Shown here: positions 51,125-59,599 of the stretch, in pieces
Numbering within the stretch: the stretch's first letter is position 1
Layout of the letters: each line of letters begins with the position of its first letter
Source of the DNA: Longimicrobiales bacterium
Lineage (GTDB): Bacteria > Gemmatimonadota > Gemmatimonadetes > Longimicrobiales > Gaopeijiaceae
Assembly: GCA_965202805.1 (NCBI GenBank)
Contig: OZ241869.1
Location: forward strand, 1,632,001-1,696,000
Reading direction: 5' to 3'
Length of the DNA: 64,000 bases
Notes under the pieces: generated by a model
The model's database searches: none
Seen by the model: the letters and a program-made list of their open reading frames with translations, nothing else
Told to the model about the DNA's origin: nothing
Translations under genes and position numbers: made by a program

Positions 51125-52306
51125 TCACGACTGTCGCGTCCTTTCGACGAAATGCCTCATCCGCCCGAGGGCTTCTTCCATGGAGGCATAGGGAGACAGC
51201 AGCGTGATGCGGATGTGCCGGTTGGCGGGATCGGCGAACATGGTTCCGGGGAAGACCATCACCCTCTCCTGTCGCAAAAACTCGAGGCAGAAGGTCTCGG
51301 CGTCGAGGCCCGTACTTGAGAGGTTGGCGTATACGTACATGCCGCCGCCCGGTCGACCGTACGAAATCCCCATCTCGTCCAGGCTCCGAAGCACGAGATC
51401 GAGCCTCCGCTCGTATTCGGCCAGCATCGCGGCGACCGCCTCATCCCCGCCTTCCAGGGCTGCCAACGCACCCCGTTGAAGAGCCGGGGGCGTGCAGATG
51501 CTCAGGGTGTGCTTGATCTCGACGGCGGGTTCCATGAACCACGCGGGCGCGGCCAGGTAGCCGACGCGCCACCCGGTCATGGCGTACGCCTTGGAGAAGC
51601 CGTTCACGGTGACGGTGCGGTCGAGAAGGTCGCCGAGGGTGCCCAGGCTGACATGCTCCCGCCCGCCGAAGATCAGCTTCTCATAGATCTCGTCGGAGAT
51701 GACGAGGAGGTCGTGCTCTTCGGCCAGTTCCGCGATGCGCGCCAACTCCTCGCGTGGCGTGAGGCCACCGGTGGGATTGTTCGGGTTCGCGATCACGAGG
51801 AGCTTCGAGCGCTCGGTAAGGGCGGCGCGGATGGCGTCTGCCCTGAGCGCGAAGTCGTCCTCCTCCAGGGTCGGCACCTCGACCACCCGACCGCCCGCCA
51901 GGTTGACCATGTAGTCGAAGGCGTTGAAGCGCGGCGTCTGGAGCACCACTTCGTCGCCGGGATCGACCAGCGCCAGGATGGAGATGAGGAGCGCTTCCTG
52001 GACGCCGTTGGTGACGATGATCTGGTTGGCCGGATAGTCGAGGCCATTGTCGCGTTTGAGTTTCCCGGAGATGGCGTCGCGCACCTCGGGGAGACCCGGC
52101 GGGGCCGTGTAGTGAGTGTAGCCGCCCGCCAGGGCTTCAGCGCCCGCAGCCACGATGTCGGGTGGCGTGTCGAAGTCGGGGTCGCCCCGGCCGAGCGCGA
52201 TGATGCCGTCGAGACCAGCGGACAGCTCGAGCATGCGCGTGCGGAAGCTGGACTTCACGCTGACGGCGCGGGCGGCCAGATGGGATTCGCGGACAGCCCG
52301 GGTCAT
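51125..52306 (-). CDS. Aminotransferase class I/II (aspartate-aminotransferase-like, intact)
   Basis: Motifs LGRGDPD, THYT, NPNNPTG, SDEIY, FSKAYAMTGWRVG and HIRI. Confidence 0.92.
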   Translation of the reverse strand: MTRAVRESHLAARAVSVKSSFRTRMLELSAGLDGIIALGRGDPDFDTPPDIVAAGAEALAGGYTHYTAPPGLPEVRDAISGKLKRDNGLDYPANQIIVTNGVQEALLISILALVDPGDEVVLQTPRFNAFDYMVNLAGGRVVEVPTLEEDDFALRADAIRAALTERSKLLVIANPNNPTGGLTPREELARIAELAEEHDLLVISDEIYEKLIFGGREHVSLGTLGDLLDRTVTVNGFSKAYAMTGWRVGYLAAPAWFMEPAVEIKHTLSICTPPALQRGALAALEGGDEAVAAMLAEYERRLDLVLRSLDEMGISYGRPGGGMYVYANLSSTGLDAETFCLEFLRQERVMVFPGTMFADPANRHIRITLLSPYASMEEALGRMRHFVERTRQS

Positions 52307-52346
52307 CGGAGTCGCGCCGGGCGTCGGTGTGTGGAGCAAACGTGCA

Positions 52347-53636
52347 TCAGGCCGCCCCGGCGGAAACCGGCGGGCGCGCGTACAGGCAGCTCCCGCGCAC
52401 GAAGGTCATCTGCACGCGCTCCAGGTCGCCGAGGTCGTCGAGCGGGTTGCCCTCCACCACGATGACGTCCGCCTCCTTGCCCTCCTCGACGGTGCCGATG
52501 CGCTCGTCGAGCCGGTTCATGATGGCGGCCTCGCGGGTCGCGCTCATGATGGCGGCGTGATTGTCGGCCACTACACCGACCTTGATCATGAACTCCATCT
52601 CCGGCACCACCACGCCGTGGCGCACCGCCGGGCTGCCCGCGTCGGTCCCGAAAACGATGCGCACGCCCGCGCGGGCCGCCCGCAGCAGCCCGTCGTAACG
52701 GCTCTTGTCGGCGACCAGCCGCTGGCGCTCCCTGATCTTCCACTCCGGGATGTTGTACTGGCGCGCGATCTCGGGCCTCGACTGGAGGAGGACGGGCGAG
52801 AAGGTGGTGATAATGGGAACCCCGCGCTCGACCAGCTTGCCGATGGTCCGGTCGGACATGCTGCCGCCGTGCTCGACCGTGTCGATGCCGAAGTCGACCG
52901 CACGCTCGATGCAGGCGTCGAAGGTGGCGTGGGCGGTGATGGGGAGGTTGCTGCGATGGGTCTCGTCGACGATGGCCTCGAGCTCCTCGTCGGTGAACTC
53001 CAGGAGGTCGTGGCACATCATGACCTTGATGAGATCGGCGCCGGCTCTGACCTGCTCCCGCACCGCGCGCCGCATCTCGTCGGCCCCGGTGGCCTCCCGG
53101 CAGCACCAGTAGGTATGGCCGCCGGTCTGGACGATCGCCTCCGCGACTATCAGCAGGCGCGGACCTGCGAACACCCCCTGTTCCACCGCCTGCTTGGCGA
53201 AGGAACCGCTCTGGTTCATGCCCAGGTCGCGTACCAGGGTGATCCCCGCTCGCAGGCACGCGAGCATGTTCGCGGCCGCCTTGTAGGCGCTGATCTCGGG
53301 GGCGTCTCCGAGCGACTGGGCGGCCAGGTCGTGGATGCCGTCCCATGCCAGGTGGGCGTGGCTGTTGATCAGCCCGGCCAGGATGGTTCCGCCGGTTTCC
53401 ACCACGGCCGGGCCGCTCGCAACCCGGGCGCCCGGGAGGGCCCCCTCATCGCCCGCTTCCCCGCCTCCCTCTCCGACGGACGTGATCAGGCCGTCCTCAA
53501 TCGTCACGTGACCGTTTTCGATCACTTCGCGCCCGACCCCGGTGATGACCCGTCCGCGCAACGTCACCGATGCGGGCTCCCTCGGGGCCAGATCCTGCAG
53601 GACCGGCTGGAACTTCCAGGCTGGTGCTTCGGGCAT
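52347..53636 (-). CDS. Amidohydrolase family protein (prolidase-like)
   Basis: Motifs INSHAH, GADLIK, TAHA, TVEHG, GTDAG and GKEAD. GAGGA SD before ATG 53636. Confidence 0.88.
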   Translation of the reverse strand: MPEAPAWKFQPVLQDLAPREPASVTLRGRVITGVGREVIENGHVTIEDGLITSVGEGGGEAGDEGALPGARVASGPAVVETGGTILAGLINSHAHLAWDGIHDLAAQSLGDAPEISAYKAAANMLACLRAGITLVRDLGMNQSGSFAKQAVEQGVFAGPRLLIVAEAIVQTGGHTYWCCREATGADEMRRAVREQVRAGADLIKVMMCHDLLEFTDEELEAIVDETHRSNLPITAHATFDACIERAVDFGIDTVEHGGSMSDRTIGKLVERGVPIITTFSPVLLQSRPEIARQYNIPEWKIRERQRLVADKSRYDGLLRAARAGVRIVFGTDAGSPAVRHGVVVPEMEFMIKVGVVADNHAAIMSATREAAIMNRLDERIGTVEEGKEADVIVVEGNPLDDLGDLERVQMTFVRGSCLYARPPVSAGAA

Positions 53637-53646
53637 GGTGTTTTCC

Positions 53647-55053
53647 TCAGATCCCCAACTCTGCAAGCGCTCGCGCTCCGGCGTCGAGGTTGGTGAGCTT
53701 CATGCTGGCGTAGTTGGGCGAATAGATGACGCCGGCGGCGCCGGCCCCGTACGCCGCATGCACGCTCTCGTAGACGATCTCGGGCGTGCACGCTGCCTGA
53801 TCCGGGCTCGACCGCGGTGCGTCCACGCCGACGCCCATCAGCACCGGCAACTCCCCGTCGAGCGCTTCGATGGTGTCCCGGCATTGCCCGCCAACATAGC
53901 TCGCGGGCGACATGCCCACACCGAGCAGCTCATCCCACGGCGCCTCGTCGAGCCCCAGAATCCGGTACATGATCGGGGTCAGCTCCACGGGCACCAGATC
54001 GCGCAAAAGGGACGCGTGCAGCTGCTTCATCTCGTTGATGTAGATGCCGCCCGACTGATGCTGGTAGGTGATCGGCTTCACCCAGTCGGCGTAGTCCTTC
54101 GTTTCGGCCCACGGCCACTGCGCCTTGCGGAACGGGTTGAAGTGGTTGCGGTTCCACACGTTGAGCCCGAACTCAAGCGCCGGATCGCACCACTTGACGA
54201 GCCCGTAGAGCTCGCGGTCCAGGTCCTTGTTGCGCTCCACCCAGTGCCGCTCCAGGAGCAGGAACTCGGGGTTGTCGAGGAGAACCCGGAGCCCGGTGAT
54301 GAGCGCGCCATCCGTGAAATGCTCCCCCGCGCGCGCCTTCCTGAAATAGTCGTGAAGGGATGCGCACGCCCGTCGCGTTCCCTCGGGATCGATCCCGGCC
54401 CGGTCCAGGCTCGCTTGGCAGTGCGTGCAGAAGCATCCCGGCGCCATGCCGGTCACGAGCTGGTCCAGCGGGCTCCGCCGCTCGTTGCACCACATGATGC
54501 CGTCGATGTCGTAGCTCCGGCAGTGGTCCTCGATAAGCGCGTGCCACCACCCCCGGTAGTCGGGATGCTCGAGACACGGCGCGCCGCTGATCCGGCCCAG
54601 GTAGTCCACCTCCATGAGCTGCACCAGGTTGGGGATCTGCACGGTGTTGGCCGACCCGTGTCCGGCGTACTTGAAGAGCGGCTCCATCAGCTCCGGGATG
54701 ACCTTCATCCCGCGCTCCCGGGCACCGGGGATGACCATTTCCAGAATGTCCCGTCCGTGCATCCCCTCGTCCGGCGCGCGGAAGTCGGTGACGCGGGTGT
54801 TGCGGTAGAACTCGGGATGATGCGCGAGATAGGATCCGCCCTGGACCTCGAGCGGCTCGGGGACGCCGTGGTCGGGCCATCCGTCGATCTTCCACGAGAT
54901 GCTGCGCCCGATCTTGAGTCCGAGCCAGCTCACCGTTCCCAGAAAGACCACATTCACGCCCACGCGCTGTTGCAACGTGTCCAGCACGGCGTCCACGCCC
55001 TCGTCCACGAAGCTCGCGGGCCCGATCTGGACCCCTACGCACCTGTCGTTCAC
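53647..55053 (-). CDS. Hypothetical protein, probable glycoside-hydrolase-like TIM barrel (GHL/DUF187-like)
   Basis: Motifs PC..HPDYR, YDIDGIMW and CFCTHC, plus terminal GAAGVIY. GAGGAG SD before GTG 55053. Fold inferred by eye. Confidence 0.65.
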   Translation of the reverse strand: MNDRCVGVQIGPASFVDEGVDAVLDTLQQRVGVNVVFLGTVSWLGLKIGRSISWKIDGWPDHGVPEPLEVQGGSYLAHHPEFYRNTRVTDFRAPDEGMHGRDILEMVIPGARERGMKVIPELMEPLFKYAGHGSANTVQIPNLVQLMEVDYLGRISGAPCLEHPDYRGWWHALIEDHCRSYDIDGIMWCNERRSPLDQLVTGMAPGCFCTHCQASLDRAGIDPEGTRRACASLHDYFRKARAGEHFTDGALITGLRVLLDNPEFLLLERHWVERNKDLDRELYGLVKWCDPALEFGLNVWNRNHFNPFRKAQWPWAETKDYADWVKPITYQHQSGGIYINEMKQLHASLLRDLVPVELTPIMYRILGLDEAPWDELLGVGMSPASYVGGQCRDTIEALDGELPVLMGVGVDAPRSSPDQAACTPEIVYESVHAAYGAGAAGVIYSPNYASMKLTNLDAGARALAELGI

Positions 55054-55078
55054 GGTCGAATGATCCTCCTCTTCCCCA

Positions 55079-55115
55079 TACTGGTGTCTACTGACAACTT
55101 ACTGGTGTCTACTGG
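55079..55115. repeat. Phased intergenic direct repeat (21-bp period), putative regulator site
   Basis: ACTGGTGTCTACTG at 55080 and 55101; TACTG at 55079, 55089, 55100 and 55110. Confidence 0.75.
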
Positions 55116-55130
55116 AAACATGTCGGGCGG

Positions 55131-55955
55131 TCACCGGCCCTTCAGCCTCGGATCCAGCATCTCCTGCAGGCTGTCGCCCAGGAGATTGGTGGCCATGACC
55201 ACGGTGAATATGGCGAGCCCGGGGAAGGTCGAAATCCACCACGCCCGCCCCAGGACGTCGCGTCCCACGGCGACCATCAGCCCCCACTCCGGGGTCGGGG
55301 GCTGCGCGCCCAGTCCCAGAAAGCTCAATCCCGCGCCCACGGATATCGCGTGTCCGAACTCGAGCGTCGAGAGCACGAGCAGAGGGATCGCGGTGTTCGG
55401 GAGCACGTGCCTCAGGATGATCCGGAGATCCCGCACCCCCAGGAGCCGGGCCGCGTCGATGTATTCCTGCTCGCGCACCGTCAGCACGGTTCCCCGCACC
55501 AGGCGCGCGTAGCGCGGGATCGTGGACACGCCGACCGCGACCATGACGTTCGTGATGCTCGGGCCCAAGGCCGCGATGACGACAAGGGCCAGGAGGATGC
55601 CGGGAAAGGCCAGCATCGCATCCACTACGCGCATCAGCACCGTGTCCACCGCGCCTCGGTAGTAGCCGGACACGAGCCCCAGCGCCGACCCCAGCACCGA
55701 GCCGATGGCGACGCTGATGAATCCGAGGATGAGCGACACGCGCGCGCCGTACACGACGCGGCTGAATACGTCCCTCCCGAGCCGGTCCGTCCCGAACCAG
55801 AACTCCGGCGACGGCGCCTCGCGTGCCCCGGAGACCGTGACCAGCGGATCGTGGGGCGAACCGAGGGCGGCGAAGATCGCCAGCAGCACCCACCCTGCGA
55901 GAATGGTGACGCCGGCGATGAAGCCGGGGCTGAGCGTGCGGCCCGCGATCGTCAT
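55131..55955 (-). CDS. Peptide ABC transporter permease (OppC/DppC-like)
   Basis: Motifs FGTDRLGRD, EYIDAARLLG, LSFLGLG and PTPEWG. Confidence 0.93.
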   Translation of the reverse strand: MTIAGRTLSPGFIAGVTILAGWVLLAIFAALGSPHDPLVTVSGAREAPSPEFWFGTDRLGRDVFSRVVYGARVSLILGFISVAIGSVLGSALGLVSGYYRGAVDTVLMRVVDAMLAFPGILLALVVIAALGPSITNVMVAVGVSTIPRYARLVRGTVLTVREQEYIDAARLLGVRDLRIILRHVLPNTAIPLLVLSTLEFGHAISVGAGLSFLGLGAQPPTPEWGLMVAVGRDVLGRAWWISTFPGLAIFTVVMATNLLGDSLQEMLDPRLKGR

Positions 55956-56896
55956 GCCGGCGCCCCGTCCCGGATGCGCGGATCAAGCCAGGCCGCCAGC
56001 AGATCCACGAGCAGGTTCACGAGGACGTAGGCCGTGGCCATGAACAGCACGATTCCCTGCACCAGCGGATAGTCCTTCCAGAGGATCGCGCTCACCACCA
56101 GGCGGCCCAGCCCGGGGCGGCTGAAGACCGTTTCCGTCACGACGGCGCCCGCGAGCATGGCCCCAAACTGGAGCCCGAGGATCGTCAGAACCGGAAGGAA
56201 GGCGTTCCGGAGCGCGTGCCTAAAATAGACGATGCGCTTGGGCAGGCCCTTCGCCCACGCCGCACGCACGTAGTCTTCGACGAGGACCTCGAGCAGCGAT
56301 GCCCGCGTCAGGCGCGCGATCACTCCCGCGGACAGGAGCCCCAGCGACAGGCTCGGGAGCACGAGCGAACGGAGTCCCTCCGATCCCGCCGGCGGAAACC
56401 ACGGCAGCCAGAACGAGAACACGAGGATCAGCAGGAGACCGAGCCAGAAGAGCGGCAGCGACACCCCCGCGTAGGCGAGCACCCGGCTGAACCCGTCGAC
56501 CCACGAGCCCTGTTTGAGGGCCGCCATCACCCCTGTGGTAACCCCGATGATCACCGCGAAGAGAATGCCCCCCAGGCTGAGGGCGAGCGTCGAACCCAGC
56601 CTGTCGAGGATCAGGTCAAGGACGGGCTGGCGCAGTCGGACCGAGGTTCCCAGATCGGCCGTCACCGCGCCCCGCAGGAAACGTCCGTACTGCATGTGAA
56701 GGGGGTCGTTCAGCCCCATTTCCTCGCGCAGCTGTTCCTGCCGTTCCGGCGTCACCGACCCGCTCTCGGCCCCGGAGAGCATCAGCTGCACGGGGTCTCC
56801 CGGGAGGGCGTGCATGATGGAGAAGACCGCGACCGACACCAGGAGCAGCACGACCCCCAGCTGGGCCAGGCGTCCGGCGAGGTAGCTTGCGAACAT
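55952..56896 (-). CDS. Peptide ABC transporter permease (OppB/DppB-like)
   Basis: Motifs LPGDP, GLNDPL..QY, DYVRAAWAKG and ETVFSRPGLG. Confidence 0.93.
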   Translation of the reverse strand: MFASYLAGRLAQLGVVLLLVSVAVFSIMHALPGDPVQLMLSGAESGSVTPERQEQLREEMGLNDPLHMQYGRFLRGAVTADLGTSVRLRQPVLDLILDRLGSTLALSLGGILFAVIIGVTTGVMAALKQGSWVDGFSRVLAYAGVSLPLFWLGLLLILVFSFWLPWFPPAGSEGLRSLVLPSLSLGLLSAGVIARLTRASLLEVLVEDYVRAAWAKGLPKRIVYFRHALRNAFLPVLTILGLQFGAMLAGAVVTETVFSRPGLGRLVVSAILWKDYPLVQGIVLFMATAYVLVNLLVDLLAAWLDPRIRDGAPA

Positions 56897-56916
56897 GTGT
56901 GGTAAGGTGCTTCCTG

Positions 56917-57576
56917 CTACTCGACCCGGAGCGCGCAAGGTCGCCAGTTTCGAGTCCAGTGTTGATCCGTTTGGACATGGTCTCTGCGCACGCTCTTGCA
57001 TACGTTGCGAGCGAACTCCGATGAAGGAAACGCCTCGGCAAGACGCATCACCACACCTTCACGTTCTCCTCCGAGCACCGACTCCTTCCCGTGCTCACCC
57101 CGGATAAAATCCCGGATCTCGCCTACGGAGCCGAACTCACCCCGTTGCAGAATCGGTACAACGGGAATGGATCGGTCGGCAGCGAAGCGCTCCAAGGCAG
57201 CCATCGACTGGAAATCTCCCCGGGCATCCCTCAGAGCGAAGGCGTAGAAGGTTTCGTTCTCCCGCACTGCCCGATATTGGATGCTGTGTACGCCATAGAT
57301 GTCTTCTCCGTACAAGTAGACATCCGGTTCGGTTACTCTCCAGGCGTGGTGCTTCTTGACCATCGCCAACCATTTGTTGTTTGCTTCCGTGCCCACGGAG
57401 CGTCCGTATATCTTGCCACGGTGGATGAGTACGTTGCTTCCATCGAGCTTTTCCGTCACGACCACTGGGCACCCGACGAAGCGGCGGGGATCCCGATGGA
57501 CGGAATCGCCGCGACCAATGGCCGGAGAGTACGGCCAGTACGGGGTGCGCGGATACTTCAGCCTACCGGGAAGCAT
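56917..57576 (-). CDS. ATP-dependent RNA ligase family protein (nucleotidyltransferase domain only)
   Basis: N-terminal KYPRTP; motif I TEKLDG, III YGE, IIIa FYAF, IV REGVV, V CKSV; tail QTDQHW. Confidence 0.88.
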   Translation of the reverse strand: MLPGRLKYPRTPYWPYSPAIGRGDSVHRDPRRFVGCPVVVTEKLDGSNVLIHRGKIYGRSVGTEANNKWLAMVKKHHAWRVTEPDVYLYGEDIYGVHSIQYRAVRENETFYAFALRDARGDFQSMAALERFAADRSIPVVPILQRGEFGSVGEIRDFIRGEHGKESVLGGEREGVVMRLAEAFPSSEFARNVCKSVRRDHVQTDQHWTRNWRPCALRVE

Positions 57577-58078
57577 CGTCAGCCCGAGGTGTTGCTCTTC
57601 GTCGAGTTGAATGCTGAGGGCAGAGTTGTCGCACTCTGACTCCCAAGTCGTCAGTCAGTGCGCGATGTTCGTACCAGTCCGAATCGACCGCATTCACAAC
57701 TACGGCCTCAGCCTTCACAGCAACAGCCAGGAACTTCGCGTCCTTCTTGAGGTTGTTCGGAGGCAGCACCGGATCGTCGAAGTCCCTTCCTTCGCTGTCT
57801 CGGGGTTCAACCTGAACCTGGCGCACCTTTTCTTCATTGTACATGTTCTGCCATAGGTATTTGTAGAACGCTGAACCCGGCATTGGTGGACCGTCGTGAT
57901 CCGTCATCCGTCCATATTCGCCCATGATGAGCCGCTTGTCGTCGACGCAGACCACGCCCTCACGCTGAAGCCTGGCGAGTTCACCCACACAGCTGAGCCG
58001 GCAGTCCATTGCCGCGTGCGTGGCCAAGCCGTTGGCAACGACAAGAACATTCGTGTCCACTACTGTCCTATCCGCCAT
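57563..58078 (-). CDS. PIN-domain protein (putative RNase)
   Basis: VVDTNVLVVANG, IMGEY, KDAKFLAVA and NAVDSDW give the D/E/D/D acidic set. Overlaps both neighbours. Start is 58078 or 58087. Confidence 0.75.
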   Translation of the reverse strand: MADRTVVDTNVLVVANGLATHAAMDCRLSCVGELARLQREGVVCVDDKRLIMGEYGRMTDHDGPPMPGSAFYKYLWQNMYNEEKVRQVQVEPRDSEGRDFDDPVLPPNNLKKDAKFLAVAVKAEAVVVNAVDSDWYEHRALTDDLGVRVRQLCPQHSTRRRATPRADDASR

Positions 58079-59504
58079 TCGACGCATCTTCCTTTTTTCG
58101 TCGCAGGGACGCCGAACTTATTGCGGCAATCTCTTCCATCTCGTTTCCGAAGAACTCGTCCGGCCAGTTCTCGATTTCTCCCCATCGATTCAGCTTCAGA
58201 TCTTCAAGCTTGCCTATGCCCTTCGAGATCGACGAGAAATAGAGATAAACATCTTCTGAAGAGACTGTAAAGGGAAATGAGGACCCTTTTCCTGGAACAT
58301 GAATCTCCCCTTCGGCCACGCGCCGCTGAAGCCGTTGCAACAAGTGCTGGCTATGCGACTCTACAATGATCTGAAGCTTCCGCTGTTTCGCAACACACAG
58401 GAACAAGTCCGCTAGGCGACTTTGCACAGCCGGGTGCAAGTGGATTTCGGGTTGTTCCAGCAGGACTATGGAATCCTCTGGAACGTAGTAGAGGAGAACG
58501 AGCACCGGAAGAACCTGGGACACCCCGAATCCTACATCCGTAAGAGTAGTCGATGCCTTGGACGAGTTGGCGGTCACGCGTGCTTGATAAAGGTTGGATC
58601 CAGTGCCAATCTCCTTCAGGGAAAAGTCATCGATCAACCCGAGCTCTCTGAGCCAATGCGCAATGATTCCCTGGAACGGCTGCTGCCAGGCCTTTTTCTT
58701 GAGCTGACGCTTCTCTCCCTGCGCCGTAGCCGCCAGAATGGCGTCGATGGCTCGCTCACCCCGGGGTCCGACATCGGCGGGGCTGGCGCCACTCCAATAG
58801 TACTGGCGCTGCGGATACTCCCTGAGCGGACCAAGATAGTATATGCGGTCCATCAGGTCTTCGTAGGCGAGTTCCAGATCGCTGAGAAAGTCGGCGTTCT
58901 GGTAAGACCACTTGATCTGCTGGGGAAACGAATGCGTCTTGACAGGAGGTGGAATCCGAGCGAACGGACGACCCTGGATACGCTTCAGGGCGAAGTCATG
59001 GTGCTGGCTGCTGATCTTGAGATCGTACGCACGTTTCCTGCCTTCGCCAGGCCCGGCTTTCAGCGTGAAGGACGAGTCGCCAAAAAGATAGGTCAGGCTG
59101 CGTGTAAAGAGGGTAGATGAGTGGCCGGAGTCGGACAGGCCGATCGCGCAATGCGTATCCATCTCCCGGCCTGCGAACTCAACTGGCCGTCCATCGGCGG
59201 ACTGGCCGCTGATCTTTAATCGGGTCGGCAGATGCCAAGCCAGTTTCCAACTGATCCTGGCGGTCGTTTCACGGCCATGAACCACCTCGGAAAAGCTGCC
59301 GAGGTTGGCAAGACTCTCTGGACCTCCGAAGTCCAGCACGATGCGCCGGTCAGTCGCTTCACGGGTCTGCTTCAGCAGGAGGAGGAACTGAATGAGGCTG
59401 CTCTTCCCTGCACTGTTGGCACCGAAGATGCCGGTGACGGTGGCAAACCGGACATGGAGCGCCTTCCATGCCTTGAAGTTTGTTAGCCGCAATCGTTTGA
59501 TCAC
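58068..59504 (-). CDS. ABC-type AAA ATPase (AAA_15/AAA_21-like) with DUF3696-like C-terminus
   Basis: IKRLRLTNFKAW, Walker A GANSAGKS, YLGPLR, signature DVGFGVSQ, Walker B/D-loop LLEQPEIHLHP, H-loop ESHS, tail GEIENWPDEFF. AGGAG SD before GTG 59504. Confidence 0.88.
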   Translation of the reverse strand: MIKRLRLTNFKAWKALHVRFATVTGIFGANSAGKSSLIQFLLLLKQTREATDRRIVLDFGGPESLANLGSFSEVVHGRETTARISWKLAWHLPTRLKISGQSADGRPVEFAGREMDTHCAIGLSDSGHSSTLFTRSLTYLFGDSSFTLKAGPGEGRKRAYDLKISSQHHDFALKRIQGRPFARIPPPVKTHSFPQQIKWSYQNADFLSDLELAYEDLMDRIYYLGPLREYPQRQYYWSGASPADVGPRGERAIDAILAATAQGEKRQLKKKAWQQPFQGIIAHWLRELGLIDDFSLKEIGTGSNLYQARVTANSSKASTTLTDVGFGVSQVLPVLVLLYYVPEDSIVLLEQPEIHLHPAVQSRLADLFLCVAKQRKLQIIVESHSQHLLQRLQRRVAEGEIHVPGKGSSFPFTVSSEDVYLYFSSISKGIGKLEDLKLNRWGEIENWPDEFFGNEMEEIAAISSASLRRKKEDASNGG

Positions 59505-59599
59505 ATGCACTCTCCTGCGCATCCGGGGCGAACGGTCACGGGCAATCTAGCCCGATCCGCTGCTCTGGGGGAGCGCCATCGCGGGCCAGGGAGGGGCGA

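Noticed and set aside
56897..59599. Mobile-element boundaries around the ATPase-PIN-ligase cassette
   Set aside because: I found no integrase, transposase, terminal repeats or target duplication by eye, so it is not annotated as a mobile element.
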